A stretch of 59,136 nt of DNA, filler included, from Callorhinchus milii (lineage: Eukaryota), in the NCBI RefSeq assembly GCF_018977255.1. It is 2 parts of 2 records of this genome, joined end to end, with 100 filler letters (N's around TTAATTAATTAA, not from the genome) between each part and the next. Parts side by side here need not be neighbours in the genome. Positions count along the whole stretch, not along the records: positions 29,634 to 59,136 come from NW_024705646.1; 1 more part is not named here. The stretch is one strand, 5' to 3'. The notes under the pieces are model-generated. The model saw only the letters and a program-made list of their open reading frames with translations. It did no database searches and was not told the DNA's origin. Position numbers and translations under genes: made by a program. Positions 38,323 to 49,852 of this stretch are shown piece after piece; position 1 is the first letter of the stretch; every line of letters begins with the position of its first letter.

Positions 38323-40053
38323 GTGAGCGTAGTAACAGCAGCGGTGTTATCGAGTCAAAAGTACGCTATCGGCCGCAAGGATGTTTAGCGTTGAGGTTTG
38401 GATTTTGTTAACTGCTAAAACAAGAACGAGTTTATCCGCGAAAATAGACACTTACTTGGAGATTCACGGTATATCGATGTCTGGAACCCGTCTGAAGATG
38501 TCGCCACGAACTCTCCCGACGCAAAGTCGCCTAACTGTCGACACAGCAATTGTGCTCGCCAGGCTGCGTTGTCTCGCGGTTGAAGGGCGATCAGCAGAGC
38601 GACGAGTCGAGCGTCCAACCTCATCAAGTTCCCTCTCGAAATGGCATTGAGCTCTGCTTCTGAGCCGCCTTATAACTCCCCCCCTAGGATCCAATCCTTT
38701 GTCTTTCAGGATATTTGCATTCGATTGTTAATTTTGGAAGGTACAATCCGCATGTCTATTAACATACCGAAGGTAATGTGCCCATTGTGCTTCATGCATG
38801 AATATGTAAGTGCATCTCAGTGTGTAATTGTGCGCTTATTTTGAATAAATGGAAAAACTTTGTCCTCGATTTAAAGTGAATGCAGAGAAATTAGCATGTA
38901 ACTTTAGAAAAGGAAGAGAGCGGCCTTCTCGACGAGGGAGTGAAACCCAATAGGTAATATTCTTTTACAGCGTTACAATGGATAGGTTGTAGTTCATAGG
39001 TTATAATTTTATGTTTCACTATGATAGAGCTTAACATGTGAGAGTCTACAATATCAGAGTTGATCAAATGCGACGATCAAGGGCGTCAATCGGGTGAGTT
39101 TGAACAGAGGCTTTAATCAAAGGCGTCATCCCATCACGGAACACCACCTCCCTGCGTTTATTACAGCAACAGAAGCAACTACAGCAGCAACAACAGCAGC
39201 AACATCACATTTCGAGGGCAACGCAGCTACTTCCGATTCTGCTGCCCAGCTGTTTGTAGTCGGGACCTGCTCTCGCAGGACCCCACACGTCTTTGGAAAT
39301 GATTGCGATGATCATGTCTGAGCTGAGAATTAAGTCACTCAAGATTACTTTTTTAACCATAACTTTAGGTAGGTTAGTGTCATCGGGGCTCTGTGAATAC
39401 TACTCATGAATGAAATCACACTCCTGTATGACCGACATTGTACTAATTTTGGTTGATCGAGTAGAACAAGGCACATAACATGTCCAGACGAATTCTTATC
39501 AACAACAGTGTCCTTAAATATGATGCTAAAATAAATGTTAACACTGGATTAAACGTGCACCTCTTAACCCCTCCCTCGCATTTACGACTAACAATTTGCA
39601 TTTGCACATAACATACATTCAAGTACAGTAATTTGCTAAAACGACCAAATTGTCATTCTAAAATTTGAATGCCATTCTTACCCTCGACCCCCACAGTTCA
39701 CATATCCGACCGTCGGTTCGATTGAACGGACAATTAACAAACATGTGTAGAGTTCCATTATAATACTTCTAATGAAATTAAAATACCGTACCTCCGTTTA
39801 TGGTGGTATAAATTATAAAACCAGTTGGTAGCTTTTTTTGTCGTTTAATGTTTAGTGTTATTGTTTATAGTGTTATCAATTTACGTGTTTTTAAGTACAG
39901 GTGATTCCCGGTATACTTCGGTATTCTGGACCTGAACGTTGCACCGTCTCTCTGGGGAACCGTGTGGTGTGTGTAGCGAGTATCACGGGGTGGGCGGGTA
40001 GTGTGGTGATAGTGGTCACGGTTGGCACCGATGCACGACCACCGCCACCACCC

Positions 40054-43000
40054 CTACTGGGCGGTGGACCTGCCACCACAAAGCAGCACGCGGCGGAGGA
40101 GTGAGGCGATCGCTCTCGCCACGCGAGCGAGGCCCCCTCGCTTCCTCTTCTTTTCGTGCATCTCCACCTGCACCTCTTCCGTTTTCTCCTCCGTCTCATC
40201 CTCCTCCATCCCCTCTTCTTCATCCTCCACCACCATCTTCTCCTCTACCTCCTCCTCTTCCTGCGCCACCTCCATCTTCTCCATCTTCTTCTCCTCCGCT
40301 AGCACCATCTCTTCCTCCTTCATCTCCTCCTCAACTTCCGGCACCACCATCTCCACCACCGTCTTCTCTTCCTCCTCCACCACCATTGTTTCCCCTTTGT
40401 CCGTCGTCTCCATGTCCTCCACCACGACCATCTGTTCATCCTTTGTTGTCTCCTTGTCCTCCATCTCCGTATTGTCTTTCTCCTCTCCCTCCGTGTTCTC
40501 CTCCATTGTCACCATCACAATCTCGTCCTCCTTTGCCTTCTCTTCCTCCGTCTCTACTTCATCCTCCATCTCCTTCACCTCTTCCTTCGTCTCCTTCTCC
40601 ACAACCTCTGTCTTCACTTCAAAGGCCTGGACGAGTGAGGAGGAGGGCTGAGCTGGCTCAGATCTGTGAAGAGACAACACGACACCGTTCTAGATTTGAA
40701 GCTTTCGTGACTGCAATGATTCATATTCTTAGGTTTTTTCGGTAAAGTCACGTAGGTAAAAAAACATTAAAAAGTAAAATAAAATAACATAAAAATAAAA
40801 ATCACGACGTTTCGGAGGCAACACAAGCTTCCGTCTTCAGGTGGAACCGTCACAGCCACGACAGCTGTATCAGGTAAATGAGAGATTGCAGAAGCTACCA
40901 CTTCGTTTATATAATGGTTGGAGAAGGTGGTGGGGCAAGGGCCGCATACTTTTATTAATATGGTAAGGTGAGGCTTAAGACTAAGAATAGACTGCATATC
41001 AAAGGCTGAGCCTTTGTTATGGAGAGGTGCGGTTTGTGACTCAACCTGTAACAGGGAGACCACCACTAGACATGGTAAAACTGTGATGGTTGTCTGTCAA
41101 ACACGACACCGTTCCACCTTGCTGCTACGGCAGACATCGCCATCTCCCCATCGTCCGTGGGTGGAATGTGTGGCGGATTAATTCGAGCTGAATAGAAACA
41201 GCAATAACGACATGGCCAGTGAGTGTGCTTAGTATTGGTGCTGTCATTCTCATGGCGCCAGGCTATCCTTGAGATAGGTGCAGCTGTGTCTCACACAGAC
41301 TGCTGTAGTTTCACAGTAGTGGGTGGCGTTGCTGTGCAAATTTAGCTGAATAATTTGAAGTGACATTTTTTTGGTTCTTTCGGTAAAGTCATGTAGGTAT
41401 AAAATAAAATAAATTAAATCACAACGTTTCGATTGTAACACAAGCAATCATCATCAGGTGGGAAAACCACAGCAAGAAACGTTCTTGCAATAACGACATG
41501 GCCATCGAAACGTCGTGATTTAATTTAATTTATTTTATTTCATACCTACGTGAATTTACCGATATAACCAAAGAATATGGATCCCTGTAGTCACTAAAAC
41601 TTCAAATCTAGATTGAACATATTCTATATGTATATTCTAATTGACCCCTTGCACATAATGTCCTAAGCATTTCAAATGGCATCGATAGAGATCCTGAACG
41701 TCCACTGTGACGGAATGGGTGTGGATCTGTGTGGTCAATGCAGCAGCAATAATAGCCAGGGCGGGAAGCAAGATCTGAACTGTAATGGTGAAGAATGAGT
41801 GCACGAAATTTGGTCGCTTCAACACATCCACGATTTAAAAAAGTGTCCGTCAGTGATTTGTGGTCGAGAGAGCCACCTCCCTTGACGTCGAAGGCATCTC
41901 AGAGTGCATTGCATGCGATGAGCCTCTCGCATCTCTCATCTCATCGCGTTTTAAATTGGACACCCCTCTCAGTGGTAGCTGTCGCTGTGCATTACAAGGC
42001 GACTTGGCAGCTGGCCTGGAAACAGGCGATAGACAGCGAAAATCTCACGGTGGATGGAGGGTTACATGGTGAAGATATGCCCACTTTGTTATGTGGTCTA
42101 ACCAGAAACCAGTTATGAAAAATAAATCTGTCCACAGTATAGTAGAATGTACACGTGGGGTTTGCAGTGTCTGTGAATTTTGAGAGCGCGACAGGGCTTG
42201 AGCACCTGTGCATCACAGCAACATTGACCTGGGTTTGATTTCCACGTTTGGCCACATTCTCCGTGTGGATTATGCAGCCACCTGTTCTGGGCAGGTTCTG
42301 CAGCTTTCTCCCTGTTACTGAACCCACACAAGCAATGCAAATCGTTCAATTTGGATCGCAAAATCAAACAGTAGCAACTTTCTTGCAAAATGCGAGCAAA
42401 CTTGGCAGATCCTCCTGAAAAAAGTCTTGAGACCGAGTAAGGCTGATGCTGCGTGAGAAGCATGGCAATAAATAACAAAAATAAACACACAGGGCGCACA
42501 CGCAGAGTGGTTTACCGTGGCTCAGCGACTCCGGAGTTTGCTTTATCTTCTTGGAAGCCCTCTTCTCCAAAGCTCGGAGCTATTGGGCCCCACACAGGAT
42601 TGGAGGACGTGGCGGCGGCGATGGCGGCGGTGGTGGAGGTGGTGTCAGTAGTAGTGGTGCTGCTGCTGGTGGTAGCGGTCTGGAGCCATTGTCGCTCGAT
42701 CTTGGCGAGGCGCTGCTCTTCCTCGAGGCGCTTTTGCTCCACAAGACGCTTCTCCTCCATCAAGTGCTCCTCCTCCTCTTGACGCTTCACCTCAACGAGG
42801 CGCTTCTCCTGAATGAGACGTTTCTCCTCGAGGAGCTTCACCTTGCGAAAGCGCCTCTCCTCAAGTCGCTTATTTTTTTTCTCAAGACGCTTCAGCTCTA
42901 TGAGACGCTTCACCTCAAAGAGGCGATTCTCCTCCATGAGGCGCTTCTCTTCCTCGACTCGCTGCACCTCAATGAGGCGCTGCTCCTCGACAAGGCGCTT

Positions 43001-43381
43001 CTCTTCTTCCACCCGCTTCTCCTCCATGAGGCGCTTCTCTTCCTCGACCCGCTTCACATCTATGAGGCGCTTCTCTTCCTCCAGATGCTTCTCCTTGAGA
43101 CGCTTCACCTCGCGAAGGCGCTTCTCCTCCATGAAGCGCGTTTCTTCAAGGAGGCGCTTTTCCATGACCCGTTTCACGTCTTTGAGGATATTATTTCGAA
43201 GGCACTTCTGCTCCGTTTGGTGCTTCACCTTGGCGAGGCGCTTCACCTCATTGGGGCGCTTCTCTTCCATTGGGCATTTCTCCTTCGCAAGGCGCTTGTC
43301 CTCCTGGAGACGCTTCACTCCGCTGAAGTTCTTCACCTCCCCAATGCTCCTCTGTTCACGCGAAGATAAGCACATGACCAT
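40054..43381 (-). CDS. Uncharacterised Glu/Lys/Arg-rich protein; exons ~43381-42516, possible 42317-42282, 40663-40054 (other small exons possible)
   Basis: Long EEKRL-repeat ORF ends at a phase-2 donor CG|GTAAAC; the Glu-rich last exon starts at a phase-2 acceptor CTCTTCACAG; a 36-nt phase 2-2 micro-exon candidate lies between. Confidence 0.55.
40691..41099 (-). mobile_element. 409-bp Penelope-like insertion with 15-bp TSD
   Basis: AACACGACACCGTTC at 40676-40690 and 41100-41114; single copy at the paralogous empty site 58076-58090. Confidence 0.88.
40802..40844 (-). ncRNA. Minimal type-I hammerhead ribozyme, intact core
   Basis: Minus strand: CCAC-CTGAAGA-C-GGAAGC-TTGTGTT-GCCTCC-GAAAC-GTC-GTGA. 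Confidence 0.8.
41365..41615. mobile_element. Inverted pair of Penelope-like pLTR fragments
   Basis: Minus fragment with hammerhead (41365-41465) and plus fragment starting CGAAACGTCGTG and ending GTCACTAAAACTTCAAATCTAG. Confidence 0.7.
41419..41461 (-). ncRNA. Minimal type-I hammerhead ribozyme (GUU site)
   Basis: Minus strand: CCAC-CTGATGA-T-GATTGC-TTGTGTT-ACAATC-GAAAC-GTT-GTGA. Confidence 0.72.
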
Positions 43382-43654
43382 TCAGACATGCGCACTCAGG
43401 ACAAAATCATTCTCGCAGGCACACAAACATGGACGGGCACATAGACAAACAAAAATGCATACTGGCACATCTATGTAGGATGCAAACATGCACATTAACT
43501 CATGGCATGACGTGATGATGGAGGATGGAGTGATGGTGTTGGGAGATGGTGTTGTGATACGGAGAGGAGAAATTGTGGAATGTTCTGGAGAGACGGTGCC
43601 TTGTGATGGTATTGACGCTTTATGAGGCTCTATGATATTGTATTGATTCTCGAA

Positions 43655-43755
43655 TTGAATCTTTCGTGACTGCAAGCATTCATACTCACGTATGTCACTT
43701 TACCGAAAAAACCTAAGAAAGAGTCACGTACGTGACTTTACCGAAAAAACTAAGA
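43655..43755. mobile_element. Scrambled Penelope-like pLTR termini
   Basis: CTTTCGTGACTGCA followed by two ACTTTACCGAAAAAAC motifs. Confidence 0.55.
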
Positions 43756-45250
43756 GTATATTGTATCGAGTTGGTGGTGATGTGAAGAGATTGTGTGGTG
43801 ATGTGAGGTGTAGTGATGTTTTGGTGCAATGGTGTGGGAGTGTGGAGAGAATGTGGTGTTTGACTCCCATAGACCCCATACACACCTTTGGGGAACGATT
43901 TTCATAGCTTTGGCCTGGGAAAGGGTCCACTTCATCCATAATGTCCCCCCACGTGGTCGATTGGCGCCATGACTCCCTGGCTACGGAAAACAAAATTAAT
44001 TCAAAGGACGAGTAATGTATTAGAGAACGAAGCACGTGGATATTCACACAACTAATTCTGAGATTCTTGTAATTACCTCTTAACACATAACATGACCTAC
44101 TGTTGAGAAACATTAGTCACATGGCAGTAAAACATTACAAGTCATATTTTTGTAAGCATGTTGAGATCATCAATTTCATAAAGTTGAGACCCCAATTTAA
44201 CCCAATATGGCTGAAACGCAGCTCTAAATCCATGCTGTCTGCCACACTTGACCGTTTACCTCTTCCCATCACCACCAAGAAAAATAATTAATCAGGGAGC
44301 TGCCTCCTCTGCATAAAAGCCACGTGATGCAGGTAACTGTGACTTACCATCATAGTCCTCCAAGATGTCAGCCCACTTGCGTTGTCTGTCCATGTTGTTG
44401 GGAAGGAGTAGTTTCTGTTTGATGTTGGAGGGCCTGGGGAGGTTGTAAAAACGCTCAGATTTAGCAACCTTTTGAAACACTCATCCTCTCAATTATTACA
44501 TATTTGACCACTCGCTGTACCAATCAAATCACTTTCGTGCCGTTTGTTTTACAAGTCCACTCACTCGCTTGTTTGCCCACTCACGCGTGCGTCAGATCGC
44601 TCACTCATCCACCCACGCGAACATGTTTATTCCAACTGCCTATTGCATTAAACATAATCGCCAGACATAACCGTGATGTTTAACCTCTAATCCAGACAAG
44701 CATGTTGATGCACAGCCCATTTGTATTAATCTACTGCTTGATAAAGGCCCCCCTATGTCTTGTAGGTCATTGGGGTCAAATGACCATACTTAAATCATTT
44801 GTTATAACCCGAGAATGACGTCGTAGGTCACGTGATGTCAGAGGTACCGCCCATGTGGCTGTGACATCACAGATAGGAGACATATATGGCAGCAGCTCGG
44901 GTCTGAACTAAAAGGTAGACTCTCCCCCGTGTTGGATAACATTCAATACATGCAATGCAGGGCACAATTATGCAGGCAATCAGAACACAATAATTATAGA
45001 CATGTTAATCATATTATATGAGATTTAAACAGGTTAGTTATGAACGTTTTAAATGTTAACTTGCTTTGGTTCTAAACAATGACAGTAACAGCAACATATC
45101 AGAGCATGCCAAGTAATCTAACTAATAGTCCTAATTTGGTTGCAGAAAATCCAAATAGCAACATACACAAAAATAATGAAGCTTTAGTTTGTAGTCAAAA
45201 CGTGCAATAAAAATAAACAACACACATCGTCAACAGGGACGCTCACGATA

Positions 45251-45514
45251 ATTGTTTTTTTACCCTTCTATCTGGCAACAAAACTGACACCTTTTTACAA
45301 GGAGTCATGTTTGCATAGACCGCAATACCTGCAGTCATAATACAAACAAAAGAACATAACTCTGATAATGTGCACTGTCCTTGAAGTTGATTGGTCCACA
45401 CCCGAGACAGCTTTCCTTAGAGCCTAGTCTCACATGGGTTGGACCTGATGACGCCAAAAGGCGCACTGTAAAATGTGTCAGTTTTGTTGCCAGATAGAAG
45501 GGTAAAAAAACAAT
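45251..45514. repeat. Perfect 40-bp inverted repeat enclosing 184 bp
   Basis: 45251-45290 ATTGTTTTTTTACCCTTCTATCTGGCAACAAAACTGACAC and its exact reverse complement at 45475-45514. Confidence 0.9.
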
Positions 45515-45559
45515 GATCATATTTTTACTGGCAAATGAGGTTCCCAAAGAGACGCTCAC

Positions 45560-45745
45560 CTCGTTGAGGATTCGCTCTGCAAAGGCTTCTTCTGCTGCTG
45601 CTCACTCGTGCGCATTCCTCTCGACTGCGGGTGGAGGCGTGGCTATGACGTAACAGAGGTGACGTCACTACAGCGAGGCTCCGCCCCCACTCGCTTGGCG
45701 GGCGCACCACGTGGTGCAGTGCGGGTGGTGTGCGTCACCGGAAAC
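45560..45745 (-). promoter_or_regulatory. CpG-rich promoter and first-exon candidate for the Glu-rich gene
   Basis: Donor GAG|GTGAG at 45560/45559; CRE at 45660, GC box CTCCGCCCC, palindromic E-box GCACCACGTGGTGC at 45704. Confidence 0.55.
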
Positions 45746-46234
45746 AGCAGAGCCCTCGGTCGACATTAAACATTTGCCCCCTCGCTTTGTGCTGTCTTTG
45801 ATGTCGCCGTTACTGCGGCGAGGACTGAAGCGATGCCTGGCCATTAGGCCTGACATATACCTAGGCCTCAGGCTTCATATTTGTTCGTAGTTATTTTTTG
45901 TTTAATTGGAATTATTAACTTGCATTTCATTAATTACATTTCAAGCGTATAAACACCATAACATTGGTTTATTTACTTTTAAATTCAGGTTTGTAGTATA
46001 GTTATTGATCTGTAGTTATATTTAAGTGAGTGAGGTGGTTGTACTAAGTGTGAATTTGAGTTCCATGTAAATTATTATTGTGTAAAGGATTTGTCTGTGT
46101 GCACCTATCCTGGCAGTGGTAATTAGGGCTTTTTATAATTAAGTTGTTAATGAGATTGTTTATTTGTGTGTGTCTGTTATCGATGTCTGTGTAAGGTTAC
46201 ATATCTATGTTTGTAGCTCTGTGTGTTTGTTAAT

Positions 46235-46560
46235 TTATGATGGGTGGTGATGATGATGTTTCTTGATAATGGATGGTGGTGATGATAATGTGTAGTGATT
46301 ATGATGGGTGGTAGTGATGATGATGGGTGGTGGTAATGATTGGGGAGTTTATGATGATGGGTGGTGATGGTTATGGGTGGTGATGATGATGGGTTGTTGT
46401 GATTATGGATGATTGGTGATGGTTATGATGAATGTTGGTTGTGATGGTTGGGTGGTGGTGGTGGAGACGATGGTTGGTGATGGTGAGTTGATAGTGATAA
46501 TGATGATAATGGGTGTTGATACTGATGATTTGTGTTGATGATTATGGGTGGTGATGAGTA
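46235..46560. repeat. (GAT/GGT)n low-complexity repeat
   Basis: Directly visible. Confidence 0.85.
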
Positions 46561-46579
46561 AATGAGCAACCACCAGACA

Positions 46580-47390
46580 CATAACAGCAACAGAAGTAAC
46601 TAAATCAGCACCAATAACAGCAGCGACAACAGCAGCAGCAACAACACATTTTGAGGGCGACGCAACTACTTCCGATTCTGCTGTTTCTGCTGCTCGACTA
46701 TTTGTAGACAGGACCTGCTCTCGCGGGACCCCACACGTCTTTGGAAATGATTGCGATCATGTCTGAGCTGAGAATTAAGTGACTAAACGTTACTTTGTTT
46801 AACCATAACTGTGTGTAGGTTAGTGTCTGGGGGCTTAGCGAATACTACTCATGAATGAACTCGCACTCCTTTATGACCGACATTCTACTAATTTTGGTTG
46901 ATCGAGACGAACAAGGCACGTGCCATGTCCAGAATAATTTTTATTACCAATATTGTCCTTAAATATGATGCTAAAATAAACATTAACACTGGATTAAACC
47001 TGCACCTCTTAAACGCTGCCTCGCATTTACGACTAACAATTTGCATTTTACACGTAACATGCAGTCAAGCACAGTAAAATGCTAATACGACAATATTGTT
47101 ATTCTAGGAATTTAATATTGTTATTCTAGGAATTTAAATTCTAAAATGCTAATACGACAATATTGTTATTCTAGGAATTTAAATTCGATTCTAACCCTGC
47201 ACCCCCAACAGTTCGCATATCCAACCCCCGGTTTAATGGAACGTTCGCTTTACATACATATGAGCAGAGTACGATTATAATACTTCTAATGAGATTTGAA
47301 TACCGTACCTCAGTTTATGGTGTAATGAATTAGGAAACCAGTCTATAGTCGTTTAATGTTGAGTGGTATCGTTTATAGTGATACAGCTGA
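46580..47390 (-). repeat. Stand-alone copy of the unclassified modular repeat
   Basis: Colinear with 39170-39880 and 56560-57270. Confidence 0.85.
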
Positions 47391-47784
47391 AGTCATAGAG
47401 ATGAAACGGCCTAAGTGTGTACGAATGTAGATAGGGCGTCGCCGTTGGTTCGTCCACCCATCGCGCCTCAAGACTTATGTCCGTCCCCACCCGGACAGCT
47501 CATCCCCATGTCCTGTACAGCCCAAGTCTGGTGTGTCCAACGTGGTGGGGCTCTCGGCAACGGAAACCGTACACCAAAGGAAATGTGTTGTGGCGCTCAC
47601 AGTTTCCTAGCCCCTGAGGCCCGGGGTGCTTCAATGATCTCCACGTGCGAGGAATCGGTGCCTGGAGCCCAGTCATGTTTCTCAAAAGAAGCCAGGGACC
47701 TGCCTAACCCTTCAAGGCTGTGGTGCGAACCCTTGACGCCCCGAAAGGCACAAGATTCCACCATGGGCCTTTAACGCGGTTTTA

Positions 47785-48137
47785 GACCCCAGGCGTCACG
47801 ATATAGCAACGACGACGACGAGACAGCAACCAGCCAACACAGCCCCAAACCTCGTTCCTCCCCCTCTCTCATTCTCGGCGTGAACCTCCGCCCATACTTG
47901 GTCTCGCCTTCCCTTCTCGATCTCTCTCTATCTTGTTGTCACCACTTGTCCCTTAGTTGACGCATTGTCTTTACATCACCCACCTCTATGACCTCTACCT
48001 GTCCCCGCCATGGGCGGAGCAACTTGGATTTTCCCGGTGGCACCTGTAGGCAATACAACCATGCCCTGTCCCCCACTGCCCATGGAAGCACGTGTTCCCG
48101 CTGCCCCGAGTTATTTTCATTAGCGGATTGCGCTCTG
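47785..48137 (-). mobile_element. Gypsy LTR-retrotransposon remnant: integrase C-terminal module plus LTR start
   Basis: Minus strand encodes RAQSANENNSGQREHVLPWAVGDRAWLYCLQVPPGKSKLLRPWRGQVEVIEV (VGD.VWL..KL..W.GPY-type module), then TGATGTAAAGAC at 47978. Confidence 0.75.
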
Positions 48138-49439
48138 GTGGGGAAAGGTCCTCGTTATGAATCGTTTCGCAACGTTCAGGTCCAGAATACCGAAGTACAC
48201 CGGGAATCACCTGTACTAAAAAAAACATGTAAACTGATAACACTATAAACAATAACACTAAACATTAAACGACAAAAAAACCTACCAACTGGTTTTATAA
48301 TTTATACCACCATAAACGCAGGTACGGTATTTAAATCTCATTAGAAGTATTAAAATCGCACTCTACACATATTTATGTAAATTATCTGTTCAATCGAACC
48401 GGGGGTCGGATATGTGAACTGTGGGGGGTACAGGGCAAGAATCGCATTTAAATTTTAGAATAACAATATTGTCGTATTAGCATTTTACTGTGCTTGAATG
48501 TATATTATGTGCAAGTGCAAATCGTTAGTCGTAAATGCGAGGGAGGGGTTAAGAGGTGCACGTTTAATCCAATGTTAACATTTATTTTAGCATCATATTT
48601 AAGGACACTGTTGTTGATAAGAATTCGTCTGGACATGGCACGTGCCTTGTTCTACTCGATCAACCAAAATTAGTACAATGTCGGTCATACAAGAGTGTGA
48701 TTTCATTCATGAGTAGTATTCACAGAGCCCCGATGACACTAACCTACCTAAAGTTATGGTCAAACAAAGTAATCTTGAGTGACTTAATTCTCAGCTCAGG
48801 CATGATCATCGCAATCATTTCCAAAGACTTGTGGGGTCCTGCGAGAGCAGGTCCCGACAATAAACAGCTGGGCAGCAAAATCGGAAGTAGCTGCGTCGCC
48901 CTCGAAATGTGATGTTGCTGCTGTTGTTGTCGCTGCTGTTGTTGCTGCTGTAGTTGCTTCTGTTGCTGTGATATACGCAGTGATGGGATGACGCTTTTGA
49001 TTAAAGCCTCTGATCAAACTCACCCGATTGACGCACTTGATCGTCGCATTTGATCAACTCTGATATTGTAGACTCTCACATGTTAAGCTCTATCATAGTG
49101 AAACATAATATTATAACCTATGAACTACAACCTATCCATTGTAACGCTGTAAAAGAATATTACCTATTGGGTTTCACTCCATCGTCGAGAAGGCCGCTCT
49201 CTTCCTTTTCTAAAGTTACATGCTAATTTCTCTGCATTCACTTTAAATCGAGGACAACGTTTTTCCATTTATTCAAAATAAGCGCACAATTACACACTGA
49301 GATGCACTTACATATTCATGCATGAAGCACAATGGGCACATTACACTTCGGTATGTTAATAGACATGCGGATTGTACCTTCCAAAATTAACAATCGAATG
49401 CAAATATCCTGAAAAACAAAGGATTGGATCCTAGGGGGG

Positions 49440-49765
49440 AGTTATAAGGCGGCTCAGAAGCAGAGCTCAATGCCATTTCGAGAGGGAACTTGATGAGGTT
49501 GGACGCTCGACTCGTCGCTCTGCTGATCGCCCTTCAACCGCGAGACAACGCAGCCTGGCGAGCACAATTGCTGTGTCGACAGTTAGGCGACTTTGCGTCG
49601 GTAGAGTTCGTGGCGACATCTTCAGACGGGTTCCAGACATCGATAGACCGTGAATCTCCAAGTAAGTGTCTATTTTCGCGGATAAACTCTTAAACGTTTT
49701 CGTCGTTAAATTAGCGGGATTTTTTGCGTCTCGGTTAGACGCGAGCGTCGTTCTTGTTTTAGCAG
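49440..49765 (+). promoter_or_regulatory. TATA-like box, non-coding exon 1 and short 5' UTR intron of ZF copy B
   Basis: TTATAAG at ~49442, donor CAA|GTAAGT at 49661, acceptor TTCTTGTTTTAG(CAG) at ~49762; all conserved in copies A and C. Confidence 0.5.
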
Positions 49766-49852
49766 TTAACAAAATCCAAAACTCAACGCTAAACACTTGA
49801 GGCCGATTGCGTTCTTTTGACTCAATAACACCGCTGCTGTTGCTACGCTCAC

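Larger units (their letters stand above)
36900..42197 (+). repeat. Segmental duplication copy A (direct repeat of ~54420-59136)
   Basis: Colinear similarity across ZF gene, promoter, repeat module, Glu-rich exon and introns. Confidence 0.92.

Noticed and set aside
40022..43478. Plus-strand Ser/Pro/Leu/Arg-rich ORFs
   Set aside because: They are antisense shadows of the purine-rich minus-strand ORFs.
43885..44480. Faint resemblance of DRQRKWADILEDYD and RGGTLW to the N-terminus of USP6NL-type TBC domains
   Set aside because: Similarity is too weak by eye and exon phases do not join cleanly; it would need an HMM search.
49490..49693. Coding first exon for the ZF cassette genes
   Set aside because: Its frame does not join the ZF frame at plausible acceptors, and the ATG is mutated in copy C.
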